Notes under the pieces: generated by a model
Databases searched by the model: none
Seen by the model: the letters and a program-made list of their open reading frames with translations, nothing else
Told to the model about the DNA's origin: nothing
Virus record (IMG/VR): IMGVR_UViG_2675903408_000004
Span: 1 to 64,000 of that record
Direction: 5' to 3' (one strand)
Origin: an uncultured virus (IMG/VR IMGVR_UViG_2675903408_000004)
Lineage: Duplodnaviria; Heunggongvirae; Uroviricota; Caudoviricetes
DNA length: 64,000 nt
Part shown: positions 21,098 to 30,792 of the stretch, piece by piece
How positions within the stretch are numbered: the stretch's first letter is position 1
Layout: each line of letters starts with the position of its first letter
Program-made: the position numbers and the translations under genes

Positions 21098-22105
21098 TTA
21101 TGAGAATATCTTATTTTTCTCTTCTTCAAATTCCCTAAGATCATAGTGGGCAATAGTGGTTGATACATCTTCGTGGTGTGCAACATACTTTGAAACGAGT
21201 TTTAAATCCACTCCACTTTCAAGAAGGTAAGTTACACAAGAAGCTTTAAATATATGAGGATTGACTCTTCGTTGGAGAATATCGCTTAAAACATTTGAAC
21301 AAAAATAATCTGCCCATGACTTTGAAGCTTGTTTAACTTCGCCACCGTATTTAGTTGAAAATATGTACTCCGATTCATAGCCTCTTTTCTCAACCCATAA
21401 TCGCATGTACTTTAATGCATCAAGGTTAATCATATAAGGCTCTACTTTGCCATCATCACCTTGTCCTTTTAGTCGCACATTATGACTGTATACAAATGTC
21501 TTTCCATCAGGTATTGGATAATCCAGTATTTCTGTTTTGAATTGTATAATTTCACTCCTTCTGGCTCCGACGTTAAAGGCTGTTGCAAGCCAGGCCATAC
21601 CTAAATAGTTCTCGTCCTTTTCAAGTACATCCATCATATCTTTGTACTCATTAAAAGTAATTTTCACTTTGTCATATACTTTGTTTTTGGGGATAGGAGG
21701 GAGTCCTCGGGTTAAATTTCTAAAACTCCGATACTCTTTGAAATCGTCGTCATCAGCAATAACATTCTCGATGTAGTTAAACATGGATGAAACACAAGCT
21801 TTTTTAAAACTTTGTGCAGAAGAGGAGAGTTTGCGGTTATCACGAAGATAGCTTAAATAACGAAGAATATCCCTTTTGGTGAGCTTGTATAAAGGTTTGT
21901 TATTCATCGATTGATATACGTAGTACCCAAACTGTCTAAGTCCAGATTGATATTGTTTTTTTGTATCTGGACTAAAGTTTTGAACAGCAATAAATTCATC
22001 AACAATTGTCCTTAATTCATCATTTACGTGTAACCACATTTCGTCTGTGATTTCAGGTAGTTTTTTAGCTCTATCCCGTAACATGTTTTTCTTAACTTTG
22101 GTCAT
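21098..22105 (-). CDS. yomM: Tyrosine recombinase/integrase-family protein
   Basis: GARRSE (R), K, HIFK (HxxK), AHH, HY motifs; SAM-like N-terminus. Confidence 0.85.
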   Translation of the reverse strand: MTKVKKNMLRDRAKKLPEITDEMWLHVNDELRTIVDEFIAVQNFSPDTKKQYQSGLRQFGYYVYQSMNNKPLYKLTKRDILRYLSYLRDNRKLSSSAQSFKKACVSSMFNYIENVIADDDDFKEYRSFRNLTRGLPPIPKNKVYDKVKITFNEYKDMMDVLEKDENYLGMAWLATAFNVGARRSEIIQFKTEILDYPIPDGKTFVYSHNVRLKGQGDDGKVEPYMINLDALKYMRLWVEKRGYESEYIFSTKYGGEVKQASKSWADYFCSNVLSDILQRRVNPHIFKASCVTYLLESGVDLKLVSKYVAHHEDVSTTIAHYDLREFEEEKNKIFS

Positions 22106-22118
22106 TAATTCACCACCA

Positions 22119-22538
22119 TTAGTACGTTTTAATTCCGTCTGCTTTTAAATCACTTTTTAATGCCTCTGTTAATCGTCCATCTTTTAGAGTCTCGGCAGTA
22201 TTCTTCATAAAAGGACGAGGTTTACCGTAGCCATATTCATATGAATCAGGGTATGTATACCCCTGCCCGGTTTCAATAACTGTAGCAACGTCTTTCTCGT
22301 CATCTTCTCTAATATTATCCAATGATACCCCGCTACTTTCGTTGACGGTTATAAAAGCGCCTTTCAGGTTTCCTGTACGTTCATAGAGTAGGGGGCTATA
22401 AGCGCTATAAACATCTTCTTCAACATGATCTTGACCTGTTTTCGTCATGACTTGCTTAACGTTAGAGGAAGATTTTTGTATAGACTGAATAGCAGCTTTC
22501 TCAATCATGAGTTTAATTTCTTTTATGGTTTTTGCCAT
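22119..22538 (-). CDS. yomN: Virion morphogenesis / tail-completion-like protein
   Basis: YERTGNL and PRPFM motifs typical of HK97-gp10-like proteins; synteny. Confidence 0.7.
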   Translation of the reverse strand: MAKTIKEIKLMIEKAAIQSIQKSSSNVKQVMTKTGQDHVEEDVYSAYSPLLYERTGNLKGAFITVNESSGVSLDNIREDDEKDVATVIETGQGYTYPDSYEYGYGKPRPFMKNTAETLKDGRLTEALKSDLKADGIKTY

Positions 22539-23026
22539 CAATGTGGGGCGGCACTGCCTTCAATTTCTTCGACCTTCTGAAGGATAAGATTATTTACTTC
22601 TTCCTGAGATTTTTTTGATAACTCATCTATGTTTTGTTGCAGCATAACAGTGGCTTTGCCCAGTTTTTCTAAGCTCTCTTTAGGAAAGCTATTGATAATT
22701 AAAGGGAAGTACTCTGAATCTACAAGTTTAAGATACCACTTAACTTTATTTTTAATGTCATTTGGAATCCCCAAGTCCGTAAATTCTTTTATAAGTGAAA
22801 AGAATGTCCATTGAACTGGATTTATATCCTTAAAAGATTTGATTCCTGCTTCTTTTGCTTCATCTTGATCAGAAATCAATCCGGCTAACATTTTTGTTAA
22901 CCGAGAAGGGGAGAAGTGTGGATAAATAAACACATGCGCTTCATCAGTTAATTGGACTTTTTCTTTCTTGTCATATTTACTGACGCTTTCCTCGATTAAT
23001 CCCAAGTTCAACTTTTTTGATGCCAT
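22538..23026 (-). CDS. yomO: Probable tail assembly chaperone
   Basis: Synteny and size. Confidence 0.65.
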   Translation of the reverse strand: MASKKLNLGLIEESVSKYDKKEKVQLTDEAHVFIYPHFSPSRLTKMLAGLISDQDEAKEAGIKSFKDINPVQWTFFSLIKEFTDLGIPNDIKNKVKWYLKLVDSEYFPLIINSFPKESLEKLGKATVMLQQNIDELSKKSQEEVNNLILQKVEEIEGSAAPH

Positions 23027-23058
23027 TTTATTTCCTCCTTTGGTATCCTCTTCATAAC

Positions 23059-23087
23059 AAAAGACACCCGCAAGAAGGGGTGTCTTG
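23059..23087 (-). terminator. Intrinsic terminator downstream of the GDPD gene
   Basis: AAGACACCC/GGGTGTCTT stem with T-run on the minus strand. Confidence 0.6.
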
Positions 23088-23104
23088 AAAACTTCAATAT
23101 CACT

Positions 23105-23944
23105 TTATTTTAGCTCATTTAAAGTATAAGCAGGGTCATTGGTAAACAATCCATCAACCTTTAAATTAAGCATTTTCTTGGTTAGCTTTTTCTCGTTTTC
23201 TGCATCAAAGAACACATGTATTTTTAGATTTGCATCGTGGACTCTCTTTACAACTGACTCATCAACTAATTTAGCGTTAGGGCCAACTGCATAAGCATAT
23301 TTTTTGATGTTTTTTAGAGTATCGCTTGTTAAACTTTTCACCTCTTCGTCACCAAGTAGACGAACAAGAGGAATATCTTTATTTATTGAGTGTAACTTCT
23401 TTAAACTCTTTCCACTAAAAGACTGTAAGACAACTTTATGTTTAGCGATTAAGTTATATTTGGTCAGTATATCGACAAGTTCCTGTTCCATTACTAAATT
23501 GCCGTTATTATCTTCTCTGGTTTCAATGTAATAATTGGTCGAGAGACCAAATTCTTTGATAATCTCTTCAATTGTTAATATTTTTTGGCCTTTACCTGCA
23601 TTGAATTTTTTCAATTGTGACAAAGTCAGTTCCTGTACTTTTCCTTTTCCATTAGTTGTTCTTTTAACATCCTTATCATGTATTGCGACTAACTTGCCAT
23701 CTTTAGTTTGTCTCAGGTCAATTTCTATAAAATCTGTCTTATCTTTAATTGCTCGTTTGTAAGATAATAAGGTATGTTCTGGTTCTAGACCAGACGCTCC
23801 TCTGTGAGCAATAATCAGTGGGTTGTAATTACTAATGGGAGGATTTTCAGTTTTTGCCGACCCTTTAATAGAAGAGTGGGAAGTGGTGGAACATCCGCCT
23901 AGGAAGATTAGAAATACAATTATTAGGTTTTTTAATATATTCAT
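23105..23944 (-). CDS. Lipoprotein glycerophosphodiester phosphodiesterase (GlpQ-like), moron
   Basis: IIAHRGAS, EIDLRQTKDG, HD, GLFTNDP GDPD motifs; lipobox LGGC. Confidence 0.9.
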   Translation of the reverse strand: MNILKNLIIVFLIFLGGCSTTSHSSIKGSAKTENPPISNYNPLIIAHRGASGLEPEHTLLSYKRAIKDKTDFIEIDLRQTKDGKLVAIHDKDVKRTTNGKGKVQELTLSQLKKFNAGKGQKILTIEEIIKEFGLSTNYYIETREDNNGNLVMEQELVDILTKYNLIAKHKVVLQSFSGKSLKKLHSINKDIPLVRLLGDEEVKSLTSDTLKNIKKYAYAVGPNAKLVDESVVKRVHDANLKIHVFFDAENEKKLTKKMLNLKVDGLFTNDPAYTLNELK

Positions 23945-23962
23945 AAATACAAATTATCACAT

Positions 23963-24115
23963 TTACATCTCGTCTTCAATGTAATCTTTTCCGGTTATTT
24001 CTCTGTATTCTTCCGGTGTGATTTTTCCTTTGATAACAGCTTGCTTTACTCGGTAATCATCCCAAACACCGTTTCCATCATTATAATAATCTTTAATTAT
24101 TTCGTACCAATTCAT
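23963..24115 (-). CDS. yomP: XkdX-family small protein (50 aa)
   Basis: Manual translation MNWYEIIKDYY...KITPEEYREITGKDY, the XkdX motif. Confidence 0.8.
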   Translation of the reverse strand: MNWYEIIKDYYNDGNGVWDDYRVKQAVIKGKITPEEYREITGKDYIEDEM

Positions 24116-24405
24116 TAAATAAAGCCTCCCATCATGAGTTGAAATGTCAAGTCACCCAATTGCTGCTTTACTTTATCCAAATCTGTTGGAACTGGGGGAG
24201 GTGGCTTCAGACTATCGATATATTCCTGTGTTGCTGACTCAAACCATTGTTGGGTTTCAGGATTAAATTTTGCTTTGTAGAATGATTGGGGCTGAATTGT
24301 AGTACAATTATTTGGAATGGTGTAGTTACCAGTTTCGTCAATATCTTCGATAATTACCGGCTGAACAAACATGTAATTTTCGTCATACATATAGACTTGG
24401 TGCAT
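24115..24405 (-). CDS. yomQ: Tail fibre assembly-like protein (XkdW/YomQ-like)
   Basis: SD GAAGGAGA before ATG 24405; lies between fibre and XkdX gene. Confidence 0.65.
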   Translation of the reverse strand: MHQVYMYDENYMFVQPVIIEDIDETGNYTIPNNCTTIQPQSFYKAKFNPETQQWFESATQEYIDSLKPPPPVPTDLDKVKQQLGDLTFQLMMGGFI

Positions 24406-24418
24406 GTCAAATCTCCTT

Positions 24419-25663
24419 CTAAATTGATACAGGAACGTCCAACCAATAGCCAGTAATCGCGTTAGAGTCAGTTGCGACGACATCCGTGATTTTCAAGTCC
24501 CCATTTTCATAGATAATAAGTTTCGCATAACCTGAAGTTCCACTCACTGAGACGTTAACTACTGCACCACCGGTGGGGACGTGTGTGGTCGGGATAGTTC
24601 CGAAGATACCTCCAGCCGGAGCTACTACATGCCCTCTTAATAATAAAACTCCTCCATTCTTCGAGTAAGTTGGAGTTCGCGTGCCTGCAGTCGCACCATT
24701 CTTCAGTGTTATATTTGCGTATGAATACAATAAGTCATCAGTGTTTAAAGATCGTTTCCACCCCTGCCAATATGTTGTGCTGCCGTCATAGTAGTTTGTA
24801 AAGACATTATTCTTGTAATCTGTAGCGTAAACCCATCCATACATACCTTTCCCATCAGAAGCAAGGCCTGTAAGATGAAATATTCCTCTTGTAGAAGCTG
24901 TTGAAGGAGCATTAATCGCTTTTCCGTGCGCGTAGAAGGTACCCATTGTCCGACCCTGATCAACTATTTTTTTGAGTATGTCCTCTCCTTCATTCGCGGC
25001 GATTGACACGCCGCCAAGATCTGCGGTAATTTTTGATAATTGAGAACCGTTCCATTTCGTACGCTCAGCAGCAGTAATGTGCTTAACAGTGTCCGCAACA
25101 TGGACATCTGTGTAGGCTTTGGCATTAGCCTCGGCAGTATTCCATTTGTTTCGATCATCTACTGTAACATGAATAGTCTTATCAGAAGCATGATTATCGA
25201 AAATTATTTTACTGGCTTGTTCAATGTTAGTGACATTCCCTAATCCTATCTGCTCTTTTGTTACAGAATGGGGGTTAGATAAATTTTTAACGTGATCATC
25301 AAATTCAACTTTTGTAGCTTGCTTTTCATTTAGAACATTACTAAGTCCAATTTGAGTAGCTGTGACATTATGCGGATTTTCAATGTCTGAGGCATGTAAG
25401 TCAAACTCTGTTTTTGAAGCTTGCTCCACATTTAAAACTTTATCGAGGCCGACTTGTGCTTTAGTAACCTTGTGAGGATTGTTTATATCTTCAGTGTGTG
25501 ATTTAAGCTCGAAATTTTGTCTTTCCATAAACGAATTAATCTCTTTAGACAATTCTGTTTCATAATCAGTCATATGTTTTTCAGTACGTGATAGGGAATC
25601 TTTAAGATTGTTGATTTGTATGTTGTTTTGTTTAAGTTGTCCTACAAATTTGCTGCTACTCAT
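24419..25663 (-). CDS. yomR: Tail fibre / baseplate protein with NPH repeats
   Basis: Three 34-aa HxxDxxNPHxVTxxQxGLxNVxNxxQA repeats; synteny. Confidence 0.75.
   Translation of the reverse strand: MSSSKFVGQLKQNNIQINNLKDSLSRTEKHMTDYETELSKEINSFMERQNFELKSHTEDINNPHKVTKAQVGLDKVLNVEQASKTEFDLHASDIENPHNVTATQIGLSNVLNEKQATKVEFDDHVKNLSNPHSVTKEQIGLGNVTNIEQASKIIFDNHASDKTIHVTVDDRNKWNTAEANAKAYTDVHVADTVKHITAAERTKWNGSQLSKITADLGGVSIAANEGEDILKKIVDQGRTMGTFYAHGKAINAPSTASTRGIFHLTGLASDGKGMYGWVYATDYKNNVFTNYYDGSTTYWQGWKRSLNTDDLLYSYANITLKNGATAGTRTPTYSKNGGVLLLRGHVVAPAGGIFGTIPTTHVPTGGAVVNVSVSGTSGYAKLIIYENGDLKITDVVATDSNAITGYWLDVPVSI
25193..25498 (-). repeat. Three tandem 34-codon repeats inside yomR
   Basis: HTEDINNPHKVTKAQVGL / HASDIENPHNVTATQIGL / HVKNLSNPHSVTKEQIGL. 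Confidence 0.8.
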
Positions 25664-26031
25664 TAGCTAACTGCAATTCCTTTCACTGTAACATCTCCAC
25701 CATTAACTGAGATCAGTTCAACCATAATTTTATACAGACCAGCGATATCAATATCCCAATTCTCATTGGTACTTAGAGTACCTGTTCCTAATTGAAAGTC
25801 TGTTTTGTTCGTTGCTCCCAACTCCGTTTTTTCACCATTTTCATCAATAGAAAAGAATTTTAATTCCCTAGAAGTAGAGGAACCAGAGATCTTAACAGTA
25901 AGTTCCCGAAAATGACCCACTACAAATTCTTCACCTTCTGATGCGGTTGTTGCAGAGTCGTGAAAAGTAAATGAAGTTTTGTCTGGAATCGTGATTACGA
26001 CATTTTCAGTCGTTTCTGTCAACAACTCCAC
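25663..26031 (-). CDS. yomS: Structural protein YomS (XepA-like)
   Basis: Synteny; beta-rich ~120 aa protein. Confidence 0.7.
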   Translation of the reverse strand: MELLTETTENVVITIPDKTSFTFHDSATTASEGEEFVVGHFRELTVKISGSSTSRELKFFSIDENGEKTELGATNKTDFQLGTGTLSTNENWDIDIAGLYKIMVELISVNGGDVTVKGIAVS

Positions 26032-26085
26032 CTCCTTAATCTGTATAAAAACTGTCTTTTATCTAGAAAAACAAGAGGGGAGGAC

Positions 26086-26313
26086 TTATTCAAAAAGCCC
26101 ATCCTCTTGTAGCTTATTCCATATACCTTCCCAAGCTGGGGTAGAAGAAGGGGATGACTGAAGCGAACTTAAAGGTTCATACTCATTGAAGTCTTCTTCA
26201 AAGCGTTGCTTGAAATCATCAACACTGATATAGGATCCATCTGATAGCAATAGGAATTTTTGTTCCAAGCCATCAAATTGTTTGAACAGACCACATACTT
26301 CATCAAATGTCAT
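26086..26313 (-). CDS. yomT: Hypothetical protein YomT
   Basis: ATG 26313 overlaps upstream stop; 75 aa. Confidence 0.7.
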   Translation of the reverse strand: MTFDEVCGLFKQFDGLEQKFLLLSDGSYISVDDFKQRFEEDFNEYEPLSSLQSSPSSTPAWEGIWNKLQEDGLFE

Positions 26314-26924
26314 TATTCCATCCCCCAAACAACGATTTTTAACCCAGTTAGATCAACTGTACCGGCTGCTTTAACTGTCAGATGTATTTTTGGAGCAGTG
26401 AAAGTTAATTGTTTTTGCAAAGGGTAATTCTGAACAAAGGCAATGCTGTTGAATAAAACAGAATTATCATTACCTGATGTAGTTGCAGAATAAAATGGGA
26501 TGTTTTTCGGTACGGAATAAATACTTGCTAAAACTTTGCTGTTTGAGCTGTCAGTTTGAGTTGTGTACATAGCAACACCGTAAGTTCTGAAAACACCAAG
26601 TGAATCGATTAGATCAACTGTATAAGACTTAGTTGCACCTGTAGCTACAGTATCAGCATCAGTAACAATAAATTCAGAATAGGATTTTTGAACTTGGGTT
26701 TTAATTGCTGCAGTGTTTTTAACCAAAACAGGGACAGAAGCCGTATTAGCTATATTTACATCAAGTGATGTATTGGCCACATTAACATTAAGAGGCTGGT
26801 CATTATTAAGACCAACCTCCAAAGGGACAGTGGAACGTTCAATTGATACAGCAGTTATGGGATTACCTGTCCCATCATCTTTTGCAGAGGTGTATTTATC
26901 ACCGTCCTGGTTTAAAAAAGCAAT
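26313..26924 (-). CDS. youA: Tail-tube-associated protein (YouA-like), probably ATT start
   Basis: Frame stays open to 26945; SD AAGGAGG (26939-26933) is 8 nt from in-frame ATT at 26924. Confidence 0.65.
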   Translation of the reverse strand: MAFLNQDGDKYTSAKDDGTGNPITAVSIERSTVPLEVGLNNDQPLNVNVANTSLDVNIANTASVPVLVKNTAAIKTQVQKSYSEFIVTDADTVATGATKSYTVDLIDSLGVFRTYGVAMYTTQTDSSNSKVLASIYSVPKNIPFYSATTSGNDNSVLFNSIAFVQNYPLQKQLTFTAPKIHLTVKAAGTVDLTGLKIVVWGME

Positions 26925-26941
26925 AATAAACGCCTCCTTAA

Positions 26942-27739
26942 TTATTCAGTTGTTCCGCCCAGGTCTGAGCTTTGAGATGAGCCAGTTCCTTCATCACTAG
27001 TGACAACGCTCTTTGTCCCATCAGCTTTACGTTTTACACGAGCAAAGTTACCGATTTTCCCGTTATTATCAGCAAGGGCTCGATAGCCGATTTCTGGAGT
27101 ATATGCATTTCCTGCTTCAAACGACATATCTGCTTCACCAGAGAAGTTTACTTTAGGGAGCTGAATATAAAGGTCACTGTATATTTTGGAAGTCTTAGGA
27201 TCGTATTCAATTGTGTGAATTTCAAAGTAGTAATTCTCAGAGAATTTTTCACCGTTAATTTCAACAGTCTCGGCTTCAACTTCAATTTGATAATGAACTG
27301 CTAAAGCTTCACCCTTGGTTGCAAAGGTATCAGGCACAGTAACTGTTTTAGATGCAGCGTCAACTTCAATTTGATCTCCATCTTCATTAGTTAATGAAAC
27401 TTTAGACAATGGGAGATATGAAAGGGTAACCGTACCAGTATCACTAACTGTTAAGCTTTCATCTTCCCACACAGAAATTGTTTCGTTTTCAATTTTTACA
27501 CCTTGTTGCATTGCCATGAAATCAAGATCAAAGAAAGCATTTCGGACATTACCCGATACTTCTTTACTTGAATTAATAACATACAGGTCTCGGTTACCCC
27601 ATCCGCCTTTTAAAAAGTCTTGTTGAACTTGTTGGGAAAACTGAGTCATTTGTGTAACACCTGAAGCAATAACCTTATTATCGCTCAGACGTTTAGCTGT
27701 AATTTTTCCAACTTCATGGATTACTGTTTGTTTTGCCAA
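26942..27739 (-). CDS. yomU: Major tail tube protein
   Basis: Synteny, 265 aa, beta-rich tube-like sequence. Confidence 0.75.
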   Translation of the reverse strand: MAKQTVIHEVGKITAKRLSDNKVIASGVTQMTQFSQQVQQDFLKGGWGNRDLYVINSSKEVSGNVRNAFFDLDFMAMQQGVKIENETISVWEDESLTVSDTGTVTLSYLPLSKVSLTNEDGDQIEVDAASKTVTVPDTFATKGEALAVHYQIEVEAETVEINGEKFSENYYFEIHTIEYDPKTSKIYSDLYIQLPKVNFSGEADMSFEAGNAYTPEIGYRALADNNGKIGNFARVKRKADGTKSVVTSDEGTGSSQSSDLGGTTE

Positions 27740-27781
27740 ATTGTTTCCTCCTAAATAAAAATAAAAAGAGACTAAAGTTAA

Positions 27782-28492
27782 TTAGCCTCCGAATAATTGC
27801 TCGATATTTTTAGCATCTTTAGTGCTCAGGTGATAAGACTCTTCCTTGTAAAGATTAATGTGACTGCTCCAATCACTCACTTTTACATCAGGAGAGACAG
27901 TAGCAAAAAGTGTGGTTGTGTTATAATTCATTACTTCAGCCATCCTGTAGAACGACAAATATAGTTGATACATAGTCATTTCAGATATTTCTTCATATGT
28001 GTATCCGTTAAATGCAGCAACACAGCTTACTATATCCTTTAAATCACTTTGAGAATCTTGTTGCTTGAGTGATTTACTTATATCATGGAACTCCTGAAGT
28101 TCATCATTGTCAACGACCTTGTCTTCAATGATACAATGCATGTCTAGTATTAGTTTTCGGAGACGGGGAAAATTATGTTTTCCAATCAACGATAGGGAAT
28201 CCTTGTTTATCAATACTTTTGAAAAAACTTTGAAATAAGCCTCGTGAAAATCAGGGAGTACCGAATGTACAATTTCATAAAGATCTCTCTTTTTCATTTC
28301 AATAATAAATGGGTCAAGCGAGCCATCCTCATTAAACCTTGAATATTCTTTAATAAGACTTTTCTTATTCATCCTCAACATGCTTAGTTCTTTAGTGTAG
28401 AGAGGATAATCTTTTAAGCGGATGAAATCAATCTCACCTATTTCAGTCTGGATCGGTTTTCCCAAGAAAAAGAAATCCTTTAACTCATTCAT
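27782..28492 (-). CDS. yomV: Tail morphogenesis protein
   Basis: Synteny and size (236 aa). Confidence 0.7.
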   Translation of the reverse strand: MNELKDFFFLGKPIQTEIGEIDFIRLKDYPLYTKELSMLRMNKKSLIKEYSRFNEDGSLDPFIIEMKKRDLYEIVHSVLPDFHEAYFKVFSKVLINKDSLSLIGKHNFPRLRKLILDMHCIIEDKVVDNDELQEFHDISKSLKQQDSQSDLKDIVSCVAAFNGYTYEEISEMTMYQLYLSFYRMAEVMNYNTTTLFATVSPDVKVSDWSSHINLYKEESYHLSTKDAKNIEQLFGG

Positions 28493-28995
28493 TTGCTTGC
28501 TCCAAAAGTAAAGATCATCTTGTAGCCCAGGTATCCGTCAGGAGGATTACTAATAAGCAAACGTCTATAATCTACTGTTACACCAAAACCAGCAATATTT
28601 TTATTGAAAAATAATTTTGAAACCCTGTCGATGATTTTCAAACTTCGATACTCAGATATCTCAAATGTATTAATGTGTGTGTATACATCGATCATCAATT
28701 CTTGATTTAACAACATAAAGCTTTGGTTTGTCGGCTTAGGCAATGCATTCCCTAAATAAACACACATCCTACATAATGGTGAATCTGAAAGATCATCTGT
28801 TTTAGGTGCTCGCTTGAAAATGGTATTGATTATAGCGGGAGAGTCATTTGTGGAGTCATAATAATTTTCAAGTGATTGAACATCTGGATGAGAAGGGGAG
28901 AGAGGATCAGTTTTGTAATACAAGAGCCGATTCAGTTCAACATCACCCATAACTAATCTGAAGACTTTTGTCATCTGTTCAACAGTCATGCTCAT
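28489..28995 (-). CDS. yomW: Probable tail terminator
   Basis: Synteny and size (168 aa). Confidence 0.7.
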   Translation of the reverse strand: MSMTVEQMTKVFRLVMGDVELNRLLYYKTDPLSPSHPDVQSLENYYDSTNDSPAIINTIFKRAPKTDDLSDSPLCRMCVYLGNALPKPTNQSFMLLNQELMIDVYTHINTFEISEYRSLKIIDRVSKLFFNKNIAGFGVTVDYRRLLISNPPDGYLGYKMIFTFGASK

Positions 28996-29642
28996 GACTT
29001 TTCACCAACTTTCTTTTTGGCAACCAATTTTATTGTTCCGTGGTCTCCATAAACTTTTGAAAAGTCTATATCATCAACTTGATAATCTTCGCCAAAGAAG
29101 GTGAGGATAAGTCCAATTTTCAATTTTTTATGAACAAGATAAGGAATTGTAATGTTTGCTTGACCATCTGGAAGATTTACAGCCAATTCAGTGCCATTTA
29201 TTGAAGTTGTCCTTTCGAATATGCAGGGGACTTCAGTTTTTTCACCAGGTACTTTTTCATAAATTGGCTTACCGGTGATTTCGTTAATTTTGCCAGTATC
29301 GATTAGCCTGTCTTCTGAAGTAAGAAAAAATGATGTTCCGCATATTTTTATCTCAGCCTTTTTGTAAATCTTATTGCTGAGAGGGTGGGAGGTGACGAGC
29401 CATGTTTCATCATTAAACTTAACAACTCCGCCACGATAAATGTCAGCAATTTCACCTAATATATATCTTGCAGAACCATCGCCACTAGAGTACTTAGAGG
29501 TGATCATCACTGTTTTTTCGATTCCATCAATTGTGACTTTTTCAGATTCAAGCCCCTTAAGACCTTGTTGGAAAATAAGTTTACCATCATGGAGAAGTTT
29601 ATTATTAATGTTAACTTTGTGGTAATTACTGTAGTCCTTCAA
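28992..29642 (-). CDS. yomX: Head-tail joining (head closure-like) protein
   Basis: Synteny; TTG start after SD GGTGA gives 216 aa. Confidence 0.7.
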   Translation of the reverse strand: MKDYSNYHKVNINNKLLHDGKLIFQQGLKGLESEKVTIDGIEKTVMITSKYSSGDGSARYILGEIADIYRGGVVKFNDETWLVTSHPLSNKIYKKAEIKICGTSFFLTSEDRLIDTGKINEITGKPIYEKVPGEKTEVPCIFERTTSINGTELAVNLPDGQANITIPYLVHKKLKIGLILTFFGEDYQVDDIDFSKVYGDHGTIKLVAKKKVGEKS

Positions 29643-29880
29643 TTGAATCACCGTCTGTTACTAAGTTATCCTTAAGTCTGTTTAACTCACCACTTACTGT
29701 TAAAATAGTGTCTCTGATTTCTGTGAGTTCAGGATCACTGAGCAGCTTTTTATCAAGGTATTTCTCCAGTTTGAAGAGGACTGAATTGTTTCTATTGCAC
29801 AGTTTCTTGCAAAAAACGTCTAAATCCTCAAGCTTTATCTGTCCATCGTTATTAACCAATTTAATTTTAATTGTACTCAT
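29626..29880 (-). CDS. yomY: Hypothetical structural-operon protein
   Basis: Synteny, 84 aa, translationally coupled. Confidence 0.7.
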   Translation of the reverse strand: MSTIKIKLVNNDGQIKLEDLDVFCKKLCNRNNSVLFKLEKYLDKKLLSDPELTEIRDTILTVSGELNRLKDNLVTDGDSIEGLQ

Positions 29881-30272
29881 AGATAATCCACCGCAGCATT
29901 CAATATCAAACGTTCAATTTCGTTTTTCTGATCTGTTACACTTTGTTTAAGTGAATTGAGTTGCGTACCAAAGTTCTTGATCCCCACATCATTAGTGAAG
30001 GGCTGCCACGTATTCTCAAACAAGGTCTTTTTATTTAACAAAAAGATGTATCTCAAGAAGTGTGCAAGAATAAGAAGATCATCCTCAGATAATTCTCGAT
30101 TAACAGTTTCAGTTGAATTATCAGCTTTTAAATTGTCTCTAAGCCGGTTATTGAAATGAAGGATTGCATTTCGAATTGATTTATAAATGTCCTCTTCTTG
30201 TTGAGGAACATCAAAATCGGACGTCTCGCAGTTGTTTAAAAAGGTTTCCCATATTTGATCATAAGATGTCAT
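29877..30272 (-). CDS. yomZ: Head-tail adaptor-like protein
   Basis: Synteny, 131 aa. Confidence 0.7.
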   Translation of the reverse strand: MTSYDQIWETFLNNCETSDFDVPQQEEDIYKSIRNAILHFNNRLRDNLKADNSTETVNRELSEDDLLILAHFLRYIFLLNKKTLFENTWQPFTNDVGIKNFGTQLNSLKQSVTDQKNEIERLILNAAVDYL

Positions 30273-30286
30273 AAAAATCCCTCCTC

Positions 30287-30757
30287 TTAGTCAAAGAGAA
30301 GGGAAGGATCAGCGACTCCCATCCAATCAGCCAAAACTTTTAATTTGCCTGCAGCAATGTCATCACTAAATTCTGAAGCAACGTCAATAATAAACTGCTT
30401 CTCAGAATCCACTGTGATTTTATCGAGCTTATTTTTTAGTTGAGCAATATTTCCCGATTTAATCATCTTTTCAATTTCTTCTTTGGTATGAATGTTATTT
30501 TCATAAGCCTCCGACTCAACAATAGAATCTTTAATCTCTTTGGTTGTCTCGTTATCTTCAACAATAACTAATTCACCTTTATCGAAACAAACGCTGTTCA
30601 TTGTGAGCCATTCAACAACTTCTTTTGGAACTTCTTTAATATCAGCCTTACCATTTTTACTACCAGCCCAAGTGTATTGTTTATGTCCACCATCGCCGGT
30701 ATACCCAACAAAATAAGATGTACTTCTGTATCGTGCTAACTTAATTTTTTCAGTCAA
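30287..30757 (-). CDS. yonA: Hypothetical head-operon protein
   Basis: Synteny, 156 aa. Confidence 0.7.
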   Translation of the reverse strand: MTEKIKLARYRSTSYFVGYTGDGGHKQYTWAGSKNGKADIKEVPKEVVEWLTMNSVCFDKGELVIVEDNETTKEIKDSIVESEAYENNIHTKEEIEKMIKSGNIAQLKNKLDKITVDSEKQFIIDVASEFSDDIAAGKLKVLADWMGVADPSLLFD

Positions 30758-30792
30758 ATTTATATCCTCCTAAAAAATCCTCATATTTTGAT

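Noticed and set aside
21098..22105. YomM as the prophage integrase with a nearby att site
   Set aside because: It lies mid-genome with phage genes on both sides; no host junction in the window.
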